NCBI GenBank assembly: GCA_963739285.1
Contig: CAVTZN010000004.1
Location: forward strand, 31,227 to 95,226
Length of the DNA stretch: 64,000 bases
Direction: 5' to 3'
DNA from: Candidatus Wildermuthbacteria bacterium
GTDB lineage: Bacteria; Patescibacteriota; Minisyncoccia; Minisyncoccales; CAVTZN01
Shown: positions 37,791 through 50,076 of the stretch, one piece after another
Layout: each line of letters begins with the position of its first letter
How positions within the stretch are numbered: the first letter of the stretch is position 1
Translations under genes and position numbers: made by a program
Notes under the pieces: generated by a model
Seen by the model: the letters and a program-made list of their open reading frames with translations, nothing else
Told to the model about the DNA's origin: nothing
Databases searched by the model: none

Positions 37791-40192
37791 ATGGAACAAT
37801 ATAATCCTCAAGAAATTGAGAAAAAGTGGCAAAAATATTGGGAAGAAAATAATTTTTATCGAGCTGAGGATTTTTCTAAGAAGCCAAAACACTATGTTTT
37901 AATTGAATTTCCTTATCCATCTGGAGAGGGTCTTCATGTCGGTCATGTCAGAAGTTACTCGGCTTTAGATGCCGTAGCCAGAAAAAAAAGAATGGAGGGT
38001 ATAATGTTTTATTCCCAATTGGTTGGGATGCTTTTGGTTTCCCGACGGAAAACTATGCTATAAAAACCGGATTCATCCTCAAGTAGCAACCGAACAAAAT
38101 ATTACTAATTTTAAAAGACAATTAAAAAGCTTGGGACTTTCCTTCGATTGGTCAAGGGAAATTAATACCACTGATCCAAAATATTACAAATGGACTCAAT
38201 GGATTTTTTTACAATTATTTAAAAAAGGTTTGGCTTATCAAGCCGAAATTCCGATTAATTGGTGTCCTTCTTGTAAAATTGGTTTAGCTAATGAAGAAGT
38301 AGTTGATGGAAAATGCGAAAGGTGCGGTGCCGAAACCGAGCAGAGAAAAATTAAGCAATGGTTGCTAAGAATTACTAAATATGCCGATAGGTTGATTGAA
38401 GATTTAGGAAAAGTTGATTATTTAGAAAAAATAAAATCCCAGCAAATTAACTGGATTGGCAAGAGCTATGGCACAGAAATTGATTTTAAAATTAGCAGAT
38501 TTTCCAGAGACAATTAAAGTTTTTACTACCAGAACGGACACCATTTTTGGAGTAACGGCAGTAGTTTTAGCCCCCGAACATCCCTTGGTAGAAAAATTGA
38601 TTAAATTAGATTATAAAAAAGCGGTCAGGGAATATATTGAAGAATCTCGGAAAAAAAGTGAATTTGAAAGAGCAAAATTGGAAAAAGAAAAGACAGGCGT
38701 TTTTACCGGTTCTTATTGCATGAATCCCGTAAATTCTGAAAAAGTGCCAATTTGGGTTGGTGATTATGTAGTGGCTACTTACGGCGGGGGAGCTGTAATG
38801 GTAGTTCCCGCTCATGATTATCGAGATTATGATTTCGCTAAAAAATATGGATTAGAAATCAGAGAGGTTATTTCGGGCGGAGATATTTCAAAAGATGCCT
38901 TCGTTGATTATGGGAAATTGGTGAATTCTGGCGAGTTTAATGAATCTATCTTCTGCAGAGGCCATTGAGAAAATTACCAAATGGTTGGAGAAAAAAAAGC
39001 TCGGTAGAAAAATAGTTCAATATAAATTAAGAGATTGGGTTTTTTCTCGCCAACATTATTGGGGAGAACCTATCCCGATAATTCATTGTCCCAAATGCGG
39101 GACAGTGCCGGTTCCTGAAAAAGATTTACCGGTTGAGCTTCCTTATGTTGAAAAATATCAGCCCACCGGAACCGGAGAATCTCCATTAGCAGTAATTTCA
39201 GAATGGGTGGATACTAAATGTCCCGAATGCGGAGGCCCGGCAAAACGAGAGACAGATACTATGCCGAACTGGGCAGGTTCTAATTGGTATTTTATGAGAT
39301 ATTGCGACCCTGATAACGATAAGGCTCTGGCCGATAAAAAGAAATTAAAATATTGGCTGCCGGTTGATTGGTATAATGGTGGGTTTGAGCACACAACCCT
39401 GCACTTATTATATTCTCGTTTTTGGTATAAATTTCTTTACGACATTAATATTGCGCTTCAACCAGAGCCTTACAAAAAAAGAACTTCTCACGGCATAGTT
39501 TTAGCCGAAGATGGCAGAAAAATGTCAAAATCTTTTGGCAATGTTATAAACCCAGACAATATTGTCAAAAATTATGGCGCCGACGCTTTGCGTCTTTACG
39601 AAATGTTTATGGGGCCTTTTGATCAAGCTATTTCCTGGAGTACTCAAGGAGTAAAGGGAGTTTATCGATTTTTAGAAAGGGTCTGGAAGTTGTCTTTAGA
39701 GAGCGCCAAAAATGAAAAAAGTAGTTCTAATATCGTCAGGCCTCTCCATAAACTTAATAAAAAAATTGATGATGATTTAGAGGCGACGAAATTCAACACC
39801 ATAGTGGCCGTTTTTATGGAATTTGTTAATTTTTGGCAAGAAAACAAAAAAGATGTCGGTAAGGATACAATTGAGAAGCTTTTTAATTTTATTAGCTCCG
39901 TTTGCTCCTCATATAACTGAGGAATTGTGGCATCAACTGGGCCACAAAGATAGCATTCATAATCAAATCTTGGCCGAAATATGATAAAAAATTAGTCAAA
40001 GAAGAAATGATAACATTAATTATTCAGATTAACGGCAAAGTCCGAGATAAAATAGAAGCCAAGGCTGATATTTCCGAAGAAGAAGCTAAAAAATTGACAT
40101 TAAACAGGGAAAATGTTAAGAAATGGACAGCGGGGAAAGAAATAAAAAAGATAATTTTCGTCCCCGGAAAACTAATAAATATCGTCGTATAA
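37791..40192 (+). CDS. leuS: Leucyl-tRNA synthetase, at least 5 frame breaks
   Basis: Fragments 37791-38063, 38023-38517, 38456-38968, 38940-39920 and 40007-40192. Motifs: [22 protein letters not shown]-terminal [12 protein letters not shown]. Confidence 0.88.
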
Positions 40193-40236
40193 TTTTTAAT
40201 TTTTCACTTCTAAACTTTTAATTTAGCAAAGCGCTT

Positions 40237-42055
40237 ATGTGCGGTATCGTCGGCTACATTGGTAAAAGTCAAGATATAAGAATAGGATTGGACGCCCTAA
40301 AAAGATTGGAGTACCGCGGCTACGACTCAGCTGGTTTAGCCGTTTTTAGTTCGGAGAAAAAAGAAATTACCTGTTTAAAATCAGCTGGCAGGATAAGTTT
40401 ATTAGAAAAGAAAATTGAGGAAACGGAATTAAATCTCAATGGGAATCCATCAATTTTTCATACCAGATGGGCGACCCACGGCGGAGTGACCGATGCCAAT
40501 GCTCATCCTCACTGGGATTGTCAGAAAAATATTTTCCTGGTTCATAACGGCATCATTGAAAATTTCCAAGAATTAAAAGATGAATTAATTGCCGAAGGCC
40601 ATAAATTTAATTCAGAATGCGATACTGAAGTTTTTTGTCATTTAATTGAAAAATATTTTAAGGGAAATTTAGAAGAAGCGGTCAGCGAAACATTAAGGCG
40701 AGTTCGGGGGGCTTATGCCATTGCTGTCATCGCTCGCGACGATCCTCAAAAGATTGTCGTGGCTCGTCTTTCCAGCCCTCTCTCAATTGGAGTAAATGAC
40801 CAGGACTATCTTATTGCTTCTGACCAAGCGGCTATCGTGCCCTATACCCGGAAAATTATTAATCTTAATGATTACGAAATGGCGACTATCACTCCGGAAA
40901 AATTATCTATTTTTAGAGAGCCGGAGGAAATAACCTTTGTTCCGGAGGAAGCAGAAAAAGGCGGCTACCCCCACTTTATGTTGAAAGAAATAATGGAACA
41001 GCCGGAAAGCTTGGAAAATACTTTACGGGGAAGATTAATTTTAGAAACTGGTCAGGCAAAATTAGGCGGATTGGAGATGGTCAAGGATAAATTAAAAACA
41101 ATTAAGAGATTATTTATTGTTGCCTGCGGAACCGCTCATTATATGACCAGGGTTGGTGAATATATGCTTGAAGAATATGCCGGTATTCCCACCGAAGTTG
41201 ATTCTGGCTTCAGAATTTCGTTATCGAAAACAAGTTTTAGATAAAAATACGGCAGCTATTTTTGTTTCTCAATCAGGAGAAACAGCTGATACTTTAGCTG
41301 CTTTGAAAGAAGCTAAAGAAAAAGGGACCTTGACTTTAGGAATTGTTAATGCCGTCGGTTCTTCTGTTGCCAGAGAAACCGATGCCGGTGTTTATAATCA
41401 CGCCGGACCGGAAATAGCTGTCGCTTCAACTAAAGCCTCAACTTCTCAAATGGCGGTTTTAGCCCTAATTAGCTTTATTTTTAGGAAGACAAAGAGATAT
41501 GGCTTTAGTGATGGGTCAGAGAATTGCCAAAGAGCTTTCCAAAATTCCAGAATTAGCGAAAAAAGTCTTAGAAGTTGCCCCTCAGGTTCAAGAAATCGCC
41601 GAAAAATACAAACAATTTAATAACTTTTGGTTTATTTGGGTAGAAAATATAATTATCCTATTGCTTTTGAAGGGGCTCTAAAATTAAAGAACTCTCTTAT
41701 GTCCATGCCGAAGGGCATTGGCGGAGGAGAGCTAAAACATGGCCACTTGTCTCTTATTGATGAAAATTTCCCAACCGTGGCAATTTGTCCTTCAGATTCA
41801 GTCTATGAAAAAATGGTTTCTAATATTCAAGAAATTAAAGCCAGAGGAGGGCCGGTGATTGCCATTGCCACCGAAGGAAACGAAGACATCAAAAATTTAG
41901 TTGATGATGTAATTTATATCCCCAAAACCTTAGAAATGTTAACTCCGATTTTATCGGTTATTCCGCTTCAGCTTTTTGCATATTATATGGGAGTATTACG
42001 CGGCTGTGATGTGGATAAGCCACGTAATCTTGCTAAATCAGTAACCGTTGAATAA
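40237..42055 (+). CDS. glmS: Glutamine--fructose-6-phosphate aminotransferase, 2 frame breaks
   Basis: MCGIVGYIG..., two SIS domains, C-terminal NLAKSVTVE*. Confidence 0.9.
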
Positions 42056-43695
42056 ATGGAAGAGCTTTTACAAAATAAACCTGGTAAAAAAATTATTTTA
42101 CTGGGTAACGAAGCGATTGTCAGGGGCGCCTTAGAAGAAGGCGTTAATTTTGTTTCCACTTATCCTGGAACTCCGGCTTCTGAAATCGGCAATATTTTTT
42201 ATAAAATTGCAAAAGATGTCGGGGTCTATTTCGAATTTTCAACTAATGAAAAAGTGGCTTTGGAAGCCGCGATTGGAGCTTCTTTTTCGGGATTGAAAAC
42301 ATTGGTGGCAATGAAAAATTTCGGACTGAACGTTGCTTTAGACGCTTTATTTCCTTTTGTTTACACGGGTTCTAAAGGACCGACAGTCATCATTGTTGCC
42401 GATGATCCTTCCTGTCATAGCTCAGCCCAGTCTGAAGAAAATAGCAGGGGAATTGCCTTATCAACCCATATCCCGATTTTGGAGCCAGCCGATCCGCAGG
42501 AATGCAAAGATTTCGTGAAATTGGCATTTCAGATTTCTGAAAAATTCAAAATTCCGGTAATAGTTAGAACCACAACAAGAGTCGCTCATCAAAAAATGCC
42601 GGTAATTTTAAATGAAATTAAAAGCTCGGCTGTGACGAAAGCTGAATTTGTCAAGAATAAAAATCAATTTGTTACTTTGCCGCCGCGGGTGCTGGAAATG
42701 AAAAAAGAAATGTTGGCAAAAATCGAAAAAATAAGAGAATTTTCCGAGAAAATCAACCTATAAATAAAATTGTCAGCAGGGAAATCAAAAATCGGCGTCA
42801 TTACCTCGGCAGTTTCTTATTTATATGTAATGGAGGCATTAAACGAGTTAAAACTTTCCTTACCTGTTTTAAAGTTGGGATTTTTTAATCCTTTGCCGGA
42901 GAAAAAAATCAAGGCATTTCTAAAACCGCTAAAAAAAGTTTTAGTCGTGGAAGAATTAGAGCCGTTTTTGGAAAATGAAGTGGAAAGAATGGCAAAAGAA
43001 GTAAATTGCAAATTGGAAGTTATTGGTAAAGAATTTATTGCCCGAAGTCGGCGAATTAAAACCCGAATACGTAATTTCCGCCATCGCAAAATTAACGAAT
43101 AAAAAATACCAAATACCAGATGCTAAGCACAAGATACAAGGCCAGTAAACGCTTGCCCCAGCTTTGTCCGGGTTGCCCTTACTGGTTAGTTATTTCAGCA
43201 ATAAAAAAAGCAGTGGACGTGAACAAAGTGATATTTGGCGGGGAGATCGGTTGTTATATGCTTTTTGGTAATTCACCTGTTGATTTACAAGATTATCTAT
43301 CTTGTATGGGTTCTTCGGTGGGAATTGCCCACGGTATTAAAAAAGCCACTGGCCAGAAATTAATTACTTTTGTCGGCGATTCTTCTTTTTTCCATGCGGG
43401 CATCCCAGCTTTGATTAATACGGTTTTCAATAAGTCAAACCCTTTAATTATTATTCTTAACAACCAGACAACTGCCATGACCGGTCATCAGCCGCACCCG
43501 GTTTCAGCCGGTGTCGTCACTGATATAAAGATAGAAAATATTGTCAGGGCTTGCGGCGTAAAATACGTGAAAACACTTGATCAAACAAATCAGGAAGAAT
43601 TTGCCAATACAATTAAAGAATTTTTAGAGAAAGATGAAGTTTCGGTGATAATCGCCACTCTTCCTTGTAAATTTGTTGCTCCAAAAAATGCCTAA
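42056..43695 (+). CDS. iorA: Indolepyruvate/2-oxoacid:ferredoxin oxidoreductase alpha subunit (IorA-like), 2 frame breaks
   Basis: GNEAIVRGALEEGVNFVSTYPGTPASEI, TPP-binding part CPGCPYW...GDSSFFHAG. Confidence 0.75.
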
Positions 43696-44269
43696 AAATT
43701 TTGAACAATTTAATATGGTGATAGTCGGCACCGGCGGGCAGGGATTGATTACCCTTTTGCAGATTATTTCTGAAGCGGCCGTTTCCGAAGGTTACGATAT
43801 TAAAACTTCAGAACTCCATGGACTCTCCCAAAGAGGAGGTTCGGTTGAAGTCCATATCAGGTTCGGCAAGAAAATTTATTCTCCGATGGTGGCCCAAGGG
43901 AAAGCCGATTTGGTTTTAGGATTGGAAATGCAGGAGATTTTAAATGGTTTATATTTTGCCAATGCAAAAACAAAATTTTTGATAAACCAATTTATGATTC
44001 CCATTCCTTTAAGAAAAACCTTGTCCGAAAATGAAATTTTAAATCAGTTGAAAAAGGTCAGTAAAAACATCAATTTAGTACCGGCGGATAAAATATGCCA
44101 GGAAAAACTGGGAAACAGCGTTGTTTCAGGTATTTATTTGATAAGTTTCGCCGTTTTCAAGGATTTAATTCCTTTAAAGCCCGAATCAATTCAAAAAGCC
44201 ATTAAAAAAATAATTCCAGAAAAATATCTGGAATTAAACCTCAAAGCGTTTAATTTAACAAAGAAATAA
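43688..44269 (+). CDS. iorB: Indolepyruvate oxidoreductase beta subunit (IorB-like)
   Basis: FNMVIVGTGGQGLITL...TSELHGLSQRGGSV...; its start overlaps the iorA stop. Confidence 0.75.
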   Translation: MPKNFEQFNMVIVGTGGQGLITLLQIISEAAVSEGYDIKTSELHGLSQRGGSVEVHIRFGKKIYSPMVAQGKADLVLGLEMQEILNGLYFANAKTKFLINQFMIPIPLRKTLSENEILNQLKKVSKNINLVPADKICQEKLGNSVVSGIYLISFAVFKDLIPLKPESIQKAIKKIIPEKYLELNLKAFNLTKK

Positions 44270-44281
44270 TCAGAGAATCTT

Positions 44282-45552
44282 TTAATCAGTAATTCTTTCA
44301 ATCTGGGCGCCGAGCCCTTTTAATTTTTCCTCAAATTTTTCGTGACCTCGGTCAATTTGGTAAGCATTATTAACAGTTGTTTCTCCTTTGGCAATCAAAC
44401 CGGCCAAAATTAGAGCTGCTCCTGAACGAATATCGCTGCCATCTACTTTTGCTCCAATTAAATCCTTTTTCCCGAAAATTAAGGCCTGATGGGGGTTAAC
44501 GATTTCAATATCAGCCCCCATTTTCCTTAATTCGTGTAAGTGCTGAAATCTGTTTTCAAAAAGGGGATCATGGACCATGCTTTTCCCTTCTGCTTGAGTT
44601 AGTAAAACCGAGGTTTGGGGTTGTAAATCGGTTGGAAAACCAGGATAAGGCATGGTTTGAATCTTAGTTGCCTTAAAATTTGAAGATTTTTTAACCAAAA
44701 TTTCGCTTTCTTTAATTTCAAGATTTACACCAATTTCTTTTAATTTTTCTAAAAAGAGAGTTAAATGTTCAGGAATAACATTAATTACTTTCCCCTCGCC
44801 GCCAGTTAAGGCCAAAGCTATAAAAAAAGTGCCGGCCTCCAAAGGGTCGGGGCAAATTGAAAAATTGGCTCCGGGAAGTTTTTCTTGTCCCTTCAATTTC
44901 AATGGTATGGGTTCCTACTCCTTCAATTTTTACCCCCATCGCTTTTAAAAATTTTCCCGTATCTTGAACTTGGGGTTCAGCAGCCGCAATTTCAATTTTG
45001 GTCTTTCCTTTGGCTAAAGCAGCCGCCATCATTAGATTTTCGGTAGCTGTAACGCTGAAAATTCTTTTAAAATAATTCTTTTCCCTTCAAAATTTTTCGG
45101 TCTTTCAAAAAAGTAAAAACCACTTTCTTCTTTGACGCTTACTCCCAAATCTTTTAATCCTTCAAGGTGAGTAGTAATTGGCCGAAGGCCAATTTTATCT
45201 CCGCCAGGATGGGGAACTTTAAAAGAGCCAAAGCGAGCCAAAAGAGGACCGATTAATAAAACCGAAACCCTGGTTTTTTCAAAAAGGTCAGCGGGAATTT
45301 TTTCTGGATTAAGATTTCTCGGGATTTATTTTGATTTTCCTTTCGCCCAGCCACTCAATTTCCGCGCCCATTTGTTTTAAAATCTCAATTTGGTCAAAAA
45401 CATCAGTACAAAGAGGTAAATTATCAATGATTGATGATTCTTCCGAAAGCAAAGCCGCGGCTAAAACCGCCCCAGCCGAATTTTTATATCCCGAAATTTC
45501 CACCTCTCCCGAAAGAGGAGACCCCGCCTTTAATTAAAAATTTATCAGGCAT
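44282..45552 (-). CDS. murA: UDP-N-acetylglucosamine 1-carboxyvinyltransferase, about 4 frame breaks
   Basis: Fragments 44282-44902, 44781-45032, 45032-45241, 45309-45503 and an N-terminus from ATG 45552 ([10 protein letters not shown]...). EPSP-synthase fold motifs are present. Confidence 0.85.
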
Positions 45553-45597
45553 ATTTTTGACTTCAAACTATTTTTAGTTTAAGATAAAAAAGAGGAT

Positions 45598-46630
45598 ATG
45601 TCAAAAAAAATCAAAAAAACTCGTCCTGAGCGTTATACGAAGGATTGTTTGTTTGGGTGGCGGAACGGGGGGCTCGATTGTTCTCTCTGGCTTAAAAAAA
45701 TATTCGTTAGATTTAACCGCTATAGTTACAATGTTCGATAGTGGAGGATCAAGCGGTAAATTAAGGAACGAACTTGGTATTCCGCCCCTAGGAGATATAA
45801 GACAATGTTTAGTTGCTTTATCCAGGGAAAACAATTTAACCAATCTTTTCCATTATCGATTTGGAAAGGGCACATTAAAAGGTCATAATTTTGGCAATCT
45901 CTTGATTGCTGCGGCGATAGGAACCACTGGCGATTTGAATAAAGCCATAGAAAAAATAAGCAAAATTTTAGATATTAAAGGCAAGGTAGTACCGGTAACC
46001 CTAGAAATAGCAGATATCGTAGCTTTATTAAAAAACAATAAAAAAATCAAAGGGGAAGAAAAAATTATAAATTACCCATATTTATCTAAGGTAGGTGTTA
46101 AAAAATTATTTTTGAAACCAAAAGTCAAAGTTAATTCTAAAGCAATTTTAGCCATAAAGAATGCGGATTTGATTATTATTGCTCCAGGGAAATTTTATAC
46201 TACCATTTTGCCTCTTTTTTTAGTAAAGGGTATCCCAGAAGCTGTTCGTAACTCCCGAGCTAAAAAAATTTTCGTTTGCAATTTGATGACACAGGTGGGG
46301 AATACAGACAACTTCAGCGTTGAAGACTTTCTGACAATTTTAGAAAAATATTTAGGGGAAGATGTTATTGATTACGTTATCTTAAATACTGGGAAATTAT
46401 TAGCCAAACAGGTTAAAGAGGTAAGAAAAGTTTTTCCCAAAGCAGATTTTATTAAATATGATAAGAGCCTGTTAAAAAATAAAAATTTTATTGGAGCAGA
46501 CGTTATAAACCGCAAAATTCGCAAATTAAATCCAGCAGATATTTTAGTTAAAAGAGCAAATAATAGGACAATGATTCTCCACGATTCAGATAAATTAGCT
46601 AAAATTTTATTAAAACTATGCAAGCGGTAA
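45598..46630 (+). CDS. YvcK/CofD-family protein (UPF0052); frame break in the A8/A7 runs 45603-45619
   Basis: [15 protein letters not shown]...[12 protein letters not shown]. The only ATG with a plausible context (45598) is in the -1 frame relative to the body. Confidence 0.75.
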
Positions 46631-47870
46631 TTTTAGCAGCCGGCGAATCTTCAAGATTCTGGCCATTAAATCAAAGACACAAATCCCTTCTTAAAATAAT
46701 GGGCCGGCCTTTGATTTGGCACACAATTGAAGGTTTAAAGCAGGTAGGGACAAATGATTTAGTAATTATTCAAGGTCCAAAAAAGGATGTAGAAGAGGAA
46801 TTTAAAAATTATAATTTAGGATTAAATACTCATTATGTTATCCAAGAAACGCCAAAAGGAATGGGAGATGCTATTTTCCAAGCTAAAGATTTTTTACAAA
46901 AACAATTTTTTGTTTCAAATGCTGAAAGAATTGACGGTGGAAGATACGCAGAATTTTTGTTTGGAAAACAAAAATCATCTGGTGTTAACCTTGTTTTGTT
47001 CGGAATCCAAACAGATAAACCTTGGCTTTTTGGAATTGTTGATTTAGACGGTGATAAGGTAAAAAATATTATTGAAAAACCAGAAAAAGGAAAAGAACCA
47101 TCAGATATTAGAGTAATTGGAACTTATCTTTTACCCAAAAACTTTTTAGATTATTATAAACGAGTTTCCGAACACCAATATGCTTTTGAAGATGCTCTCA
47201 GTTTATATATGAAAGAGAATGATGTTCGTATAGTTATCACGCAAATGGAAGTTCCTTCTTTAAAATATCCTTGGGACTTATTCAGAACGAATAAATTACT
47301 AATGGATAAATTTTTAAGAACAGAAATTAAAAAATCAGCCCAAATTTCAAAAAACGTTATAATTGAAGGGAATGTTTATATTGGCGAAAATACAAAAGTT
47401 TTTGAAGGGGCAGTGATTAAAGGGCCTTGTTATATTGGAGATAATTGCGTTATTGGCAACAATTCTTTAATTCGAGAATATACCAATTTAGAAAACAATG
47501 TTTTAATCGGTGCTTTTGCCGAAGTTACTCGTTCAATTTTTCAAGAAGACGTCCATCACATTCCGGTTATTTTGGCGATTCAATTTTTGGCAAAGGATGT
47601 CGGTTGGGGGCAGGAACAATTATTGCCAATGTTAGAATTGATAGGGGAGAAGTTAAATCAGCTGTTAAGGGAGAAAAAATTGGCACTGGTTTAGATTCTT
47701 TAGGAGTAATTATGGGCGAGAATTCCAAAACTGGTATTAATTGTTCTTTAATGCCTGGCATTTTGATTGGCTCAAACTGCCAAATTGGTCCCAATTCAGT
47801 TGTTCTTGAAAATATCGAAGATAATATAAATTTTTACACTGAATTTAAAGGAATAAAAAAATATTCTTGA
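46618..47870 (+). CDS. Sugar-1-phosphate nucleotidyltransferase with C-terminal left-handed beta-helix acyltransferase domain (archaeal GlmU-like), one frame break
   Basis: [17 protein letters not shown]... N-domain and hexapeptide repeats in 47340-47850. Confidence 0.7.
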
Positions 47871-47907
47871 CAAAAGAATTTAAAATTGTTAAACTAATTT
47901 TGGTTCG

Positions 47908-47928
47908 GAGGGTAAAAGCCCTCTTTTT
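47908..47928 (+). terminator. Terminator hairpin
   Basis: GAGGG-TAAAAG-CCCTC followed by T5. Confidence 0.5.
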
Positions 47929-47977
47929 AAATCTATATTGGGAAGGCGAAAAATAATCTGAGAAAGGAGGTTGCGCT

Positions 47978-48685
47978 GTGAGAAAACTTAAAACAGCTGT
48001 GCTATTGCACGCGTATAATGCGAACGAGAAGAATTGGGACTATGTTGTCTGGGGAGTGCCGCCGGATAAGCCGGGGAGAATTCCGACAGCAGTGGCTGTG
48101 GCACTGGAAGAAGATGCCGAGCATCTTATACTTTTTGGCTCTTCAATCGGCAAAACTGAGCCGGGCGGTGCGTGGACAAGCAGCGGTTTATGCATGAACA
48201 ACTTGCTCTTTTCCCTGCTTGATGCGCTAAAAGAATTCACTATTCTTTATGCGCTAAGAAGATTTTCATTGAGCAGAATTCGGGCAAAAATATCCAGCGC
48301 ATTTGAAGTAATTGATGGACCTGAGCGGCCGGTAAATACCCTCGAGGAGTTGCGGGCCGCGGCTCAACTATTCCACGAACGAAAGTTAAAGATACAAAAG
48401 TTCATCTGCGTGAGTAGCCCGGATCATATGAGCAGGATTTTTAGGGACGCCCGGATAGTTTTTAAGGACGACCCCCTCGCTCCCCATATTTCTGTGCGGG
48501 GTGCGGTTACTCTCTATACAGAGAGAGACGAGATAACCCCGCTGGAACGGGCTTCGTTGTCTAATGTGGTGATTGCCGAACCGCGGGCCGTAGAGGGGCC
48601 ATTTATGCAACGGATGTTTGGGCTCGGTGAAAATCCCGAGGCCTTAGGCGAAATTGATGCCGTGCTGAAAAAATACGGCAAGTAA
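47978..48685 (+). CDS. GC-rich DUF218/YdcF-like protein
   Basis: GTG start after a GAAAGGAGG SD; 235 aa intact; VSSPDHMSR resembles the DUF218 S-x-x-H-M-x-R motif. GC is far above that of the neighbours. Confidence 0.5.
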   Translation: MRKLKTAVLLHAYNANEKNWDYVVWGVPPDKPGRIPTAVAVALEEDAEHLILFGSSIGKTEPGGAWTSSGLCMNNLLFSLLDALKEFTILYALRRFSLSRIRAKISSAFEVIDGPERPVNTLEELRAAAQLFHERKLKIQKFICVSSPDHMSRIFRDARIVFKDDPLAPHISVRGAVTLYTERDEITPLERASLSNVVIAEPRAVEGPFMQRMFGLGENPEALGEIDAVLKKYGK

Positions 48686-48700
48686 GCAAGACAAATGTTT

Positions 48701-48737
48701 ATGGCTGGAGACCTTCTCTCCAGCCATTTTTATTTTT
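48701..48737 (+). terminator. Rho-independent terminator
   Basis: ATGGCTGGAGA-CCTTC-TCTCCAGCCAT followed by TTTTTATTTTT. Confidence 0.85.
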
Positions 48738-48763
48738 AGAAATTTTGAGATAAAATAAGAACC

Positions 48764-49393
48764 ATGATACTCATTTTTGATTTTGACCATACTTTGTTTT
48801 CGGCAAAAAAGCTTTATTTTGCCCTAAAAGAATCTTTTAGAAAAATTGGAGTAGAAGGAAATTTATTTCAGGAAACCTTTGAGAAATCAAAGGGTCGGGG
48901 CAGAGATTACAAGCCCAAGATACAGTTTCAGTTAATTAAAAAGGCAGGGTCGGAAATCTCCCTCAAAAAATTAGAAAGGGCTTTTAAAATCGTTTTAAAT
49001 AAAGCTCCTAACTTTTTATATCCCGACACAATCTGGTTTTTAAAGAGATGGCGTGAGAACGCCGACTCTATTTTACTTTCATACGGAGAGGAAAAATTTC
49101 AAAAGGACAAAATTAAGGCTTCAAAAATTAGAAGGTTTTTAAAAAGAATAATTATCACCCAAGATATTAATAAATTAAAGCCTTCTAAAAAGATTTTTCA
49201 AAATAAAGGAAAGACAATTTTTGTCGAAGATAATCCCCAAACGCTTTCAAAAGTTAAAAAGATTTTTCCAAACGTGATAACGATAAGAATTAATCGCGGC
49301 GAAGGAAAATACACAAAACTTCCTAATGATAAAAATATCGATTTCTCAATAAAAAATCTAAAACAATTAGATAAGATTTTGAAAAAGAATTAA
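48764..49393 (+). CDS. HAD-superfamily hydrolase-like protein
   Basis: MILIFDFDHTLF (DxDxT motif I), 209 aa. Confidence 0.6.
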   Translation: MILIFDFDHTLFSAKKLYFALKESFRKIGVEGNLFQETFEKSKGRGRDYKPKIQFQLIKKAGSEISLKKLERAFKIVLNKAPNFLYPDTIWFLKRWRENADSILLSYGEEKFQKDKIKASKIRRFLKRIIITQDINKLKPSKKIFQNKGKTIFVEDNPQTLSKVKKIFPNVITIRINRGEGKYTKLPNDKNIDFSIKNLKQLDKILKKN

Positions 49394-49413
49394 TTTGCGA
49401 ATAGAATCGAATT

Positions 49414-49442
49414 AGCTGGCGGCTTCGCCGCCAGCTTTTTAT
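49414..49442 (+). terminator. Rho-independent terminator
   Basis: AGCTGGCGGC-TTC-GCCGCCAGCT followed by T5. Confidence 0.85.
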
Positions 49443-49470
49443 TTATTGAATTTTAGATTAAAATAAAAAT

Positions 49471-50076
49471 ATGAGAATTTTAAAAATCACAAAGAAAAAT
49501 TTTAAGGAAATAATAAAAATAACGGTAGAATCAATCAAAGAAGGCAAAGTTATAATTTGCCCGACTGATACGGTTTATGGATTAATTTGCGATGCCACGA
49601 ATAAAAAAGCAGTTGAGGAGATTTTTAAAATAAAAAAACGCCCCAAGAAAACCAATTCCCGTTTTTGTAAAAAATATAAAAATGGCAAAAAATTTAGCCA
49701 AAATTAATAAAAAACAAGAGAAATTTTTGAAAAAAGTTTGGCCAGGAAGAATAACCATAGTTTTAAAACCAAGAAAAGTCCAGAAAATATTTACCATTGA
49801 TAAAAAAACAATTGGTCTAAGAATTCCAAATTATAAATTAATTATTAGTTAATCAAAAAATTAAATCGTCCCCTAGCCGGAACCTCGGCCAATATTTCTG
49901 GAAAACCAGCTTCAACAAAAATAAAAGAAATTCTAAGACAATTTACCCTTCGACTTGGCTCAGGGCAAGAAAAAGATCAGCCCGATTTAGTAATTTCTGC
50001 CGGGGATTTACCAAAAAGTAAACCCTCAACTGTTATAGATTTAACGGTTTCGCCACCGAAAATTTTAAGATTATGA
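49471..50076 (+). CDS. tsaC: L-threonylcarbamoyladenylate synthase (YrdC/Sua5-type TsaC), about 3 frame breaks
   Basis: VIICPTDTVYGLICDATNKKAV..., GTSANISGKPAS, PSTVIDL; its TGA overlaps the tsaD ATG (ATGA at 50073). Confidence 0.8.
49946..49969 (+). repeat. GC-rich dispersed repeat, copy 4, in frame inside tsaC (TLRLGSGQE)
   Basis: CCCTTCGACTTGGCTCAGGGCAAG. Confidence 0.5.

Noticed and set aside
47867-47895. TTGACA-17-TAAACT promoter-like match overlapping the stop codon of the GlmU-like gene
   Set aside because: A terminator hairpin (47908-47928) follows about 13 nt downstream, so the match more likely sits in the 3' end of the upstream transcript. It is not convincing as the DUF218 promoter.
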